Part shown: in pieces, positions 1 through 7,579 of the stretch
Numbering within the stretch: the stretch's first letter is position 1
Layout: each line of letters starts with the position of its first letter
Assembly: GCA_029838215.1 (NCBI GenBank)
Contig: JALGVI010000101.1
Span: 1-12,849 of the forward strand
Origin: Candidatus Helarchaeota archaeon
GTDB taxonomy: Archaea; Asgardarchaeota; Lokiarchaeia; Helarchaeales; RDOG01
Direction: 5' to 3'
DNA length: 12,849 bases
Notes under the pieces: generated by a model
What the model was told of the DNA's origin: nothing
Database searches by the model: none
Seen by the model: the letters and a program-made list of their open reading frames with translations, nothing else
Made by a program: the position numbers and the translations under genes

Positions 1-1
1 C

Positions 2-130
2 GAAAAATGCCCTTCTTGCGGGCAAAAAAATGAAATCTGGTCCCGCGTGACCGGCTACTATCGCCCCGTAAACTCATACAACCCCGCAAAAAAGGTCGAA
101 TTCAAGTACCGCACTCTATATCAAATATAA
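2..130 (+). CDS. nrdD: 3' end (partial) of anaerobic class III ribonucleoside-triphosphate reductase
   Basis: Not in the ORF track. Translating from nt 2 gives EKCPSCGQKNEIWSRVTGYYRPVNSYNPAKKVEFKYRTLYQI* (TAA 128-130). The CPxCG Zn site followed by SRVTGY-RP...K..E...R is the characteristic NrdD C-terminus. Confidence 0.9.
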   Translation, partial: EKCPSCGQKNEIWSRVTGYYRPVNSYNPAKKVEFKYRTLYQI

Positions 131-336
131 TTTTTGTAACTTCGATAAGTAAATGAAAGAGTCCACATTATTTCTTCCTTTTTTCTGAGTAAATAAATAA
201 TTTAAAGTACATCTCAATTTTGAAATAGTTAAAAAACGAGATTTGATGATTTGAAATTTCTCTCAATAACTATAAATAAATTAATGCCCCTTTTATTCTA
301 TAACAAGGGTTTAGGAATCCGTAAATGGATTAAAGA

Positions 337-355
337 GGAAAATAATTTATTTTCC
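337..355. promoter_or_regulatory. Palindromic operator-like site upstream of the Argonaute gene
   Basis: GGAAAATAA-T-TTATTTTCC: perfect 9-bp arms around 1 nt, ending 47 nt before the ATG at 403. Confidence 0.4.
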
Positions 356-390
356 GATTTAGTGTAAATAAAGGTGTAAACGAGAAGGAA

Positions 391-395
391 GAGGA
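391..395 (+). promoter_or_regulatory. Shine-Dalgarno-like site for the Argonaute gene
   Basis: GAGGA, 7 nt before ATG 403. Confidence 0.6.
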
Positions 396-402
396 TATTT
401 AA

Positions 403-2703
403 ATGTTTAATATCATTCGTAGCAATGAATCAATTCCAAAAAGTATTCAAATATTTGAAATAAATGAGAAGGCTCTTCAATCTGGACTTTCGGAGTGTAG
501 GCGTGCATATTTAGAGTTGGGTTGGAATCTATGGAAGGAAAAGAAGAGTATTTATCTCCTAAATTTAAATCCCGATAATATTAATAAACCTCCAGAATAT
601 ATAGAACCTTTTTTTGATATTTTATACCCATTTCGAAAGAAAAAATATACTTGGAACGAAAACTCTTTTTCTAGAAATGTATTCGCCTTTGCTTTTTTTG
701 CTACATTAGAGTATCAAACGAAATTTAGATCGAAAATTCAGGTTAAACGCCCTTCTGAATTAGGATTGAGGAAGCATCGCCATGAATTCCTTTTTCCTAC
801 ACCAATTATTAGCATAGAGGATATTCCTGTATTCAAGGGTATTTCTTTTCGCCCCATAATTTTAAAAGATGAAGATAGGAATTTTCCCGCATTTTTAGTT
901 AATAGAATAATTCGGGTAAAATCTGGTATTAAAGGGAGCCCCAAGAATTTATTAACTCTATCCTCATTACGCACAGTTCTTTTCTTCAGAGAATTGTCTT
1001 CTATATTAAAAAAATTTGAAACCCCCCTCCAAAATCTATGCATTGGAAATTTCAAATTCTCTATTAACACTGATTTTACTAAATTGAATATTCTTGAAAT
1101 AGAGAAGGAGGAAGAATCTGATGAGATTTTTGAGGAAGAGGAATATACCCTTGAAGATGAGGAATATACTTTTACTGATGAGGAAGAATTATGCGAAGAC
1201 GAATCTGAAGAAATTATTGAGGAATTCAAGATACCTAAAGAAATTCTAGATGAGAGTTTACCAATTTTCCCTATTTCAATACATTCTTATACTTTACAAG
1301 AAACATCTCTAACAGTTGGTGGTAATTTCTGCAGGAAAAAAATGACAACAATGTACATGCTCGAAAAATATGGTCCTTTTTCAGCTAAAAATGATCTTTC
1401 GGTAGTATTTGTCCCAATATATCCCTCAAATCAACCAAGCATACGAAATAAGCTGATAGATTTCTGTAACCATCTCATTAATGGAACTCGAGTGAACCAA
1501 TATCAATTCCCTGGTTTTAATAAATGTTTTAACATTTCTTCACAATCAGTCGATCCATATGAGATTTCTACCCAATCAGACAGTAGAGCGTTCAAATATA
1601 GTATTGAAGCAATCATTAGAGAAGTTAGAAGCAAAATTCCTCAATTGGAAAAGCAATATACCCATTTAAGTAACGCTATTCCATTTTTTATTTTTGGACA
1701 GCAAAGAGAAAAAAGGATACATCAAGGAGAGTTTACCCCTTCTTACCGATTTGTGAAACAGCAGCTAACAGAGATGGGAATCCCGAATCAAACAGTTGTT
1801 CGATTTGATACGTTGAATTATGATAAATGGCGAATATATCCGTTATGGAGCATCGCATCTCAAATATTTTCTAAAATCGGTGGTGTTCCTTGGGTAATCG
1901 AAAGTCATTTAGACCGAAATATGAACCCAATTCATGCTATTATTGGAATAAGATTTGCAAAACGGTATAATCCCATTAATGAAAGAAAGTATATCTTAGG
2001 CGTTTTATCTATAATCACTAGTGATGGTCGATTCAAAGGTTTTATAACTGATTCTTTTGATTATAGCAAAGAAATAGAAGAATATAATTGGATTAGTCGC
2101 CAACACGGTTTAACTCATTTTTATGATGGATTAAAATTATCTCCAGATGATGTAAAAAAATTGTGTTCTGAAATCGTTTCATTTCTTAAGGATAAAATGG
2201 GTTTAATTGATCAATCGGGTAGCATTATTATTCATAGGTTAGGACTTGTTCCAAAACAAGAACAGGAAGAATTTAAACGTTTTTTTGATCGATCCAGTTT
2301 CAATTTAGCCCTTATTTCAATTTCACATTTTTCTTTACGTCATTGTTCGCCTAAAGGGGACATTCAAAGAGGAACATTATTCAAAATTGATGATAAATCT
2401 GCCTATCTATTCACTCAAGGTAGTTGTCAATACAATACTTCACCAACTACGAGAAAGACTTTTAAGCCCAGAAGTTGCCCAAGTGCATTAAGTTTAAAGT
2501 TAACGATTAATGATGGAGTATACTCAGATATTGTTGATGCTTCTAGCGATGTATTATCATTAACTCGAATGAATTGGCGTCATACTACATATGTCCCTAC
2601 AAATTTTCCTGTTTCTCTTCAATATGCATTGTTAGTTGCACAAAATAAAAAGAACGAAATCGAGCCCAAAGGAGATTATCGTGAATTACCCTGGTTTCTC
2701 TAA
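403..2703 (+). CDS. ago: Prokaryotic Argonaute, catalytically inactive PIWI, long-B-like, 766 aa
   Basis: MID 5'-phosphate pocket Y448/K452/Q463/K491 (SYRFVK...GIPNQ...QIFSKIGGVPW). PIWI motifs IIGIRFA, IIIHRLG, RGTLFKIDDKSAYLFTQG and LTRMNWR...PVSLQYA. DEDX acidic positions are replaced (R517, L613, L743). C-terminus is PWFL. L2 motif LQETSLTVGG...YGPFS. Confidence 0.93.
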   Translation: MFNIIRSNESIPKSIQIFEINEKALQSGLSECRRAYLELGWNLWKEKKSIYLLNLNPDNINKPPEYIEPFFDILYPFRKKKYTWNENSFSRNVFAFAFFATLEYQTKFRSKIQVKRPSELGLRKHRHEFLFPTPIISIEDIPVFKGISFRPIILKDEDRNFPAFLVNRIIRVKSGIKGSPKNLLTLSSLRTVLFFRELSSILKKFETPLQNLCIGNFKFSINTDFTKLNILEIEKEEESDEIFEEEEYTLEDEEYTFTDEEELCEDESEEIIEEFKIPKEILDESLPIFPISIHSYTLQETSLTVGGNFCRKKMTTMYMLEKYGPFSAKNDLSVVFVPIYPSNQPSIRNKLIDFCNHLINGTRVNQYQFPGFNKCFNISSQSVDPYEISTQSDSRAFKYSIEAIIREVRSKIPQLEKQYTHLSNAIPFFIFGQQREKRIHQGEFTPSYRFVKQQLTEMGIPNQTVVRFDTLNYDKWRIYPLWSIASQIFSKIGGVPWVIESHLDRNMNPIHAIIGIRFAKRYNPINERKYILGVLSIITSDGRFKGFITDSFDYSKEIEEYNWISRQHGLTHFYDGLKLSPDDVKKLCSEIVSFLKDKMGLIDQSGSIIIHRLGLVPKQEQEEFKRFFDRSSFNLALISISHFSLRHCSPKGDIQRGTLFKIDDKSAYLFTQGSCQYNTSPTTRKTFKPRSCPSALSLKLTINDGVYSDIVDASSDVLSLTRMNWRHTTYVPTNFPVSLQYALLVAQNKKNEIEPKGDYRELPWFL
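1138..1179 (+). repeat. Imperfect 21-bp tandem duplication inside the acidic insert of the Argonaute
   Basis: gaggaatatacccttgaagat / gaggaatatacttttactgat, encoding EEYTLED / EEYTFTD. Confidence 0.75.
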
Positions 2704-3940
2704 AATAAAAAAATTCAAAGATGAAATTAAAACTCATTTAAAGACTTTAATAGATCATTTAGAAAAAAGTCTACTAGAAAATGAGGAACGAAATAATCCA
2801 GAAATACTTATCTTGAATATGGCAAAAATCCGTATTAATACCTTATCATTTGAAGATGATCCTCAAAATAAGAATGAATTGATTATGCTTTTTGAGTCTT
2901 TACTTGACATTGATTTATCCTCTTTTTGGAATAACCCTCAAATTATCCTTCTTATTTGCGTTGTTATGGAATCTATTTCATCTTTATTAGGATTACTTCA
3001 ACTAAAGCAGAAAATTGATGAATTAATTCAGAAGTTTATGAATTTTGAATTTGAATATATTAATAAATGGAGTGTTTCAATTGAAAACGTTTTAACACAA
3101 ACCTTGCCATTTATTGGTTATTTTGACGGTGATAAGAATGTTTTTTTGAAAAAAATTGTTAATATTTGCTTGAATCTAGCTGCTGGGAATATTAAAATTG
3201 TAAATTGGTTGAATTCTCTGCAAATTGCTTTCTTCGAGAATATTAATATAATGAAAACTATTACTGAAATTCCAATAAATAATGAAATTTTATATTATGA
3301 AATTTTTTGGTTATTTAGAAAAAAAACAATCGAGAATGTCTTTGATATTCTTAGTGAGAGACTAGAAGATATTGAAAATGAATACAACATTGGTATTAAA
3401 AGAAATAAAAACATACCACTTCTATTTTTTAAGTGGATTTGTATGGAAATTACATTTTCTTCCCTTCGTGTCGTTGTAGCAAATAGATACTCACTCATAA
3501 CACAAATACTTCCATTTTTTGAATTGGCTCCAGGTGAGTTTGAAAGACTTTGTTTCTGGATAATATGTTCACAAACTTCTAAATGGAAGGAAGTCCAATG
3601 GCTTGGTGCTTCAGGAAGTGAGGGAGGGAAGGACATTCTGGCGAAATGTATACAATCGGATCGTTATTGGATTATACAGTGCAAGAGAGTAAGGAGCTAT
3701 GGTCCAAAATCGTTCCTAAACGAGTTTGGAAAAGTATCTGCTGAAATCCAGAGATATAATGCTGAGGGTTACTTGACTTACCTTGCGCGATCCGCATCAG
3801 ATAGATTAAGAGGAGAAATGAAAAAAAAATCTCGTGAAACAGGTCTCAGAGTTGAAGTAATTGATGATTCAAAAATAGATATGGTAATAAAGCAAAATCC
3901 ATTGTTATTAAAAGAATTTTTTCATAAATCAAATTATTAA
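2681..3940 (+). CDS. Argonaute-associated protein with unknown helical N-terminal region and C-terminal Mrr-like (Mrr_cat-type) PD-(D/E)xK endonuclease, ~419 aa
   Basis: C-terminal ELAPGEFERLC...GASGSEGGKDI (D at 3632)...WIIQCKR (QCK 3677-3685) is the Mrr_cat pattern. The start is moved from the track's TTG 2636 to in-frame GTG 2681, which has AGGAG (2670-2674) 6 nt upstream. ATG 2819 is an alternative start. Confidence 0.82.
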   Translation: MNYPGFSKIKKFKDEIKTHLKTLIDHLEKSLLENEERNNPEILILNMAKIRINTLSFEDDPQNKNELIMLFESLLDIDLSSFWNNPQIILLICVVMESISSLLGLLQLKQKIDELIQKFMNFEFEYINKWSVSIENVLTQTLPFIGYFDGDKNVFLKKIVNICLNLAAGNIKIVNWLNSLQIAFFENINIMKTITEIPINNEILYYEIFWLFRKKTIENVFDILSERLEDIENEYNIGIKRNKNIPLLFFKWICMEITFSSLRVVVANRYSLITQILPFFELAPGEFERLCFWIICSQTSKWKEVQWLGASGSEGGKDILAKCIQSDRYWIIQCKRVRSYGPKSFLNEFGKVSAEIQRYNAEGYLTYLARSASDRLRGEMKKKSRETGLRVEVIDDSKIDMVIKQNPLLLKEFFHKSNY

Positions 3941-3994
3941 GATTTACAAGTCAAGATGGGGGATTAAAAACGCTTACCAGATTATTAAGAAATT

Positions 3995-4104
3995 TCACAT
4001 CCCGACCTGCTCGAAAGTTCCATCAACACGTTATATTATCTTTTTTTTTCAAGTTTTAATGCATAATTGCTGAGTGTTGACAAATCTATTCCTAATTCTT
4101 GGTT
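3995..4104 (-). pseudogene. Possible decayed winged-HTH regulator fragment
   Basis: Minus strand 4104-4036 reads NQELGIDLSTLSNYALKLEKKR*, resembling an HTH recognition helix. After a shift in the 9-A run it continues II*RVDGTFEQVGM*. No start codon was found and there is an in-frame stop just upstream. Confidence 0.3.
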
Positions 4105-4290
4105 CTAATACCAGAAAGAACTATTTTCTCGTCCACTCGGAATTAATGCTTGAGCTCCGTTTGATCTGGACTCAATGGTTCGTGATTTCTCAAAGGCTTC
4201 CACTATAGGCAAAAAAGTCACCGATACTGGCTCGAACCAGAAATTTTTTCAGGGGGGATCGAATTTAATTGAGCACGGGATTTAGTTATT

Positions 4291-4298
4291 TTTATAAA
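4291..4298 (+). promoter_or_regulatory. Candidate archaeal TATA box for the ATPase-HEPN gene
   Basis: TTTATAAA ends 33 nt before ATG 4332, a spacing compatible with a short-leader archaeal transcript. Confidence 0.4.
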
Positions 4299-4331
4299 TG
4301 GAAAAAATATCATTATATTTTTTATAGAATT

Positions 4332-7300
4332 ATGCTTAAATCGAGAGAGGATCTTATGATCTGGTGGGAGAGATTTGGACTTCTCGAAGGTCCATTTGAT
4401 AAAATAAAGGCAATACCAACAAATAAATTAGACAAATTATTAGTAAAAACGTCTATCTTTCAAGAATATGAATTGTTGGCTGAAAAACAAAGAACTTTTT
4501 TTGGAAGGGCCATTCTAATTTACGGTCCGTTTGGTTCAGGGAAAACAACTTTATTTAACTTCATCAAAAAATGCTTTTTTGGTCAAAATATTATCTGTCA
4601 AATTTTAAGATTAAGTGGTCCTTTTGAAACCAGCAAAGAATTAGAAGAAAAATTCTTATCACAACTTTACGAAGCCATAGAACATAGGAAAGGAAAAGAT
4701 ATTGGCTATTATGATATCATTCAATCTCTCAAAATCAAAAAAGACAGGGATAAAATAAATGGATGGATTTTTTTTCTTGATGAATTGCATAAAAATCCAA
4801 ATCCAGAAATAACTTTAGAGTTTTTAAAGAATTCTCAAGGGTTTTTTGAAGATATTTTTGATGAAATTGCTAATGTAGGGTTCTTTGTGGCGGGTGATGA
4901 TAAATGGAATGAACGAATGAAAAAAGCGCCTCAATATTCAGGGACTTTTGAAATTAAGAAAGAAATTAATAAAATTAATTCTAAAGAAGCTTATGAAATA
5001 ATTAAAAGACGATTCATTGATTGTGCTGAAGAAAGAGAGAATATTGAAAAGAATTTCACCAAAATGGTCGAAAAATCTGCAATAGATAAATTATTTCTAA
5101 GTTTAAAGGAAAAAACACCTCGTCAATTATTAATCAAAACCCAACAAGTCTTTGAGAATCTTCCTCCTAACAAAACTAATTTATCTTTAACGGATGTTGG
5201 TTTAGAAATAGAAAACAAGAAATTAGAAACAATTACAAGATATCTTAAAAACATAAGAATAGGAAAAAGCGAAAAACTGAGTAAAGACCAAACAAAGAGA
5301 AGTAAGGCTATATTGAATAAAAAAGTTAAATTAACTAAAAATTTTGAATTAGTATATGAACCAGATACGATTAATTCTTTATTTCAAAAAGTTTTAAATA
5401 AATATTCAAATAAAGAGGAGAAAAAGGCTGTATTAAAAGCCATTTCTAGAATCTATTATTTACGATATATAAAATTAGCAAAGTCTAAGTTAAACAACAC
5501 AATTTTAAGCGATTTAGGGATTGAAGATCCTTTAATAATCAACACATTAATAGAATTCAATGTCCTACATAAGAAGCACGTGAAAATAGAAATTCCAGAT
5601 AAGGAATTTGGATTTAAAGGGGTCACACAATATTCTGAAAATAGATTAACTTTAAATCCAAAGATTTCAAACGCATTTGATAAAATTAAGGGCGATCATA
5701 ATCTATCCCCTGAGGATTATTTGCTCAAAATTTTCATTCCTTTTGATAAACCACCAAAAAGAAAAATTCCTGGAAAAGAAGAAGAAATTTTAAAAAATGA
5801 AACGGTTCAGAATTTTAATGACATTAAAGAAAAATTGAAAAAGTTTGGTTTAAACAGAGCTTCTAATCTATTTAATCGATGTATTTCGAATTATGTTGAA
5901 GTTCTAAGATATCTTAGAAACCCACATGTTCATTTAAAATCTATGGATGTCATATCTCGTCTAGATGGAATGATAGATGATATTTTTCAGGCATATCGCA
6001 TCTATAAAATAATGGATGATGAATATAATTCAGATCCTGCTGATATCCATAATCATTTTGATAATGAAGAATTAATTGAATTTAAGAACCATGTCCAATT
6101 TATAAAAAGTACAGGTAAAATGCCAGATCGTGATGATGCTGAAACCTTATGTGATCTTTTCAATTCGTTTATCAGAGAAGTTATACTTATTTTCATGCAA
6201 GATATTAAATATGATACTGAGCTCCAGATAGATTCTCCAGATTTGACTAAGAAAGATAAAAAAACACTTAGAGAAATTAGAACTTATTTTTTTGATCTAA
6301 GAAAAGAACGTCTTGCATTTGATGAAGCAATTTTTCACTTTGAAAATAAAATAAGATCCTTTATCGTACTATTTTTGAATAACGAATATGAAGAATGGAT
6401 TGATCAATTAGACAGAATAAAAATTAAAGAACAGACGCTAAAAAACAAAATCATAAGTAAAATTAGGCAAGAAAATAAAAAATTGGAGGATATTAAAAAT
6501 CCTTTATGTTTTTCAGATTTTCATGATTTATTGTTGATAATGACAAACAAAAATCTATGGAATAAAAATTTTTGGAAGGTATTTAAAAAGAATAAAAAGA
6601 AAAAATTAATTTCGAAATGGGAGGTAATTGAAGAATTAAGAAATCCATGGGCACATAACAGGGGAAAAGATCCTTCATTCTTAAATAACGTTAAGGAATC
6701 TTTTATGAATATGATTTGGATTCTTGAGAAAATCAATAAAGAAATTCCGGATATTGACCAACGATCAGATCTATACCATTGTGAAGAAATTACGGGAGTT
6801 CAAAGAAAGATATTAGAAAAAACAATTCCGGTTAAAGAAAAGAATATCAAAAAGCCTAAGAAAGTTGATATTATTCAAAAAAAGAAGAAAATTGAAAAGA
6901 AATCCAAACTCAAAACTAAAAAAATTGAAGGATCTAGTAAACCAGATATACAGGAGGAAGAGCTCAAAGAACCCATAATTTCTAAAGAAAAATCAATAAT
7001 TATCCATAATGAAGTTTACGAACGGCTTAAAAACAGGAAAATTGCGAGAAATAATTTTGATAGAATAATTCAATATCTGAGGACATCTGGGTCCTTAGAT
7101 TTTCAAACACTGAAAACCGCTTTAGACCTATTACCAAGTCATCTCGAAGCTATTATTGATTTTCTTGTAGATTTAAATTGGATTAAGACATATGAAACTA
7201 CTGAAGAGGCAGAATTCATAATTTTACAAAACCCTAAATGGTTAAGAAGAGTTGAAGCTAAAAAGAAAAAATTGACCAGAGGTGAATATTCACGAATGAC

Positions 7301-7505
7301 ATCATTTATTAGGTCATTAAAACCCAGAAAACCCATTCTATTAATAAGAGTTCTTGAGAATTCTAAATTCACAGACACTAAACTAAGAAAAATGATAGAA
7401 AAAATAAATGTGGCTAGTCCATCGACTATTAAATTAATTTGGGATAAAGTTAAAGTGAATAAAATCGAAGTAATTAAAGATAAGTTTGGATTTTATGCTA
7501 TTTAG
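4332..7505 (+). CDS. Large P-loop ATPase (AAA/STAND-like) with wHTH, Swt1-like HEPN RNase domain and C-terminal wHTH-like region, ~1057 aa
   Basis: N-terminal WERFGLLEGPF; Walker A GPFGSGKTT (4524-4550); Walker B WIFFLDE (DE at 4779); TPRQLL sensor-type motif. Swt1-like HEPN signature FSDFHDLLLIM..NLWNKNFWKVF followed by ELRNPWAH (RxxxxH, 6639-6656). ATG 4332 is preferred over the track's TTG 4269. Confidence 0.75.
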   Translation: MLKSREDLMIWWERFGLLEGPFDKIKAIPTNKLDKLLVKTSIFQEYELLAEKQRTFFGRAILIYGPFGSGKTTLFNFIKKCFFGQNIICQILRLSGPFETSKELEEKFLSQLYEAIEHRKGKDIGYYDIIQSLKIKKDRDKINGWIFFLDELHKNPNPEITLEFLKNSQGFFEDIFDEIANVGFFVAGDDKWNERMKKAPQYSGTFEIKKEINKINSKEAYEIIKRRFIDCAEERENIEKNFTKMVEKSAIDKLFLSLKEKTPRQLLIKTQQVFENLPPNKTNLSLTDVGLEIENKKLETITRYLKNIRIGKSEKLSKDQTKRSKAILNKKVKLTKNFELVYEPDTINSLFQKVLNKYSNKEEKKAVLKAISRIYYLRYIKLAKSKLNNTILSDLGIEDPLIINTLIEFNVLHKKHVKIEIPDKEFGFKGVTQYSENRLTLNPKISNAFDKIKGDHNLSPEDYLLKIFIPFDKPPKRKIPGKEEEILKNETVQNFNDIKEKLKKFGLNRASNLFNRCISNYVEVLRYLRNPHVHLKSMDVISRLDGMIDDIFQAYRIYKIMDDEYNSDPADIHNHFDNEELIEFKNHVQFIKSTGKMPDRDDAETLCDLFNSFIREVILIFMQDIKYDTELQIDSPDLTKKDKKTLREIRTYFFDLRKERLAFDEAIFHFENKIRSFIVLFLNNEYEEWIDQLDRIKIKEQTLKNKIISKIRQENKKLEDIKNPLCFSDFHDLLLIMTNKNLWNKNFWKVFKKNKKKKLISKWEVIEELRNPWAHNRGKDPSFLNNVKESFMNMIWILEKINKEIPDIDQRSDLYHCEEITGVQRKILEKTIPVKEKNIKKPKKVDIIQKKKKIEKKSKLKTKKIEGSSKPDIQEEELKEPIISKEKSIIIHNEVYERLKNRKIARNNFDRIIQYLRTSGSLDFQTLKTALDLLPSHLEAIIDFLVDLNWIKTYETTEEAEFIILQNPKWLRRVEAKKKKLTRGEYSRMTSFIRSLKPRKPILLIRVLENSKFTDTKLRKMIEKINVASPSTIKLIWDKVKVNKIEVIKDKFGFYAI

Positions 7506-7579
7506 TTTTTAAGCGCATCGTTTGAAAATTTTAAAAATAAATTGTTAATCCTTTATCTTTCCTTTTTAGGGCATTTGGA

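Noticed and set aside
168-186. Similarity of TTATTTCTTCCTTTTT to TTATCTTTCCTTTTT at about 7553-7567 as an island-flanking direct repeat
   Set aside because: Low-complexity pyrimidine tracts with an imperfect match; better explained as terminator-like sequence.
293-320. TTATTCTATAA-CAAGGG-TTTAGGAATCC as a left-hand partner of the dif-like site
   Set aside because: The left arm and first three spacer bases resemble the right site, but the right arm matches its expected complement at only 6 of 11 positions. That is too weak in AT-rich DNA.
738-1229. 163-aa Ser-rich minus-strand ORF
   Set aside because: It is the antisense shadow of the Ago acidic tract (GAA/GAG read as TTC/CTC/TCx) and lies entirely within the Ago gene.
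2636-2680. TTG-started N-terminal extension of gene 2, or an Ago-nuclease frameshift fusion
   Set aside because: GTG 2681 has a good SD, the Ago ends in a canonical WFL-stop, and there is no clear slippery site before the stop.
3295-3636. 113-aa minus-strand ORF
   Set aside because: Antisense to the Mrr-domain gene, with no motifs.
4226-4241. CTGGTTCGAGCCAG on the minus strand, resembling a tRNA T-arm
   Set aside because: The loop is only 6 nt, and I could not build an acceptor, D or anticodon arm around it.
4269-4331. TTG-started extension of the ATPase gene
   Set aside because: The sequence is aromatic-rich and non-protein-like, and it overlaps the TATA candidate. ATG 4332 directly precedes the conserved-looking FGL..PF motif.
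6521-7378. Short minus-strand ORFs 6521..6736 and 7139..7378
   Set aside because: Antisense to the large ATPase-HEPN gene, with no motifs.
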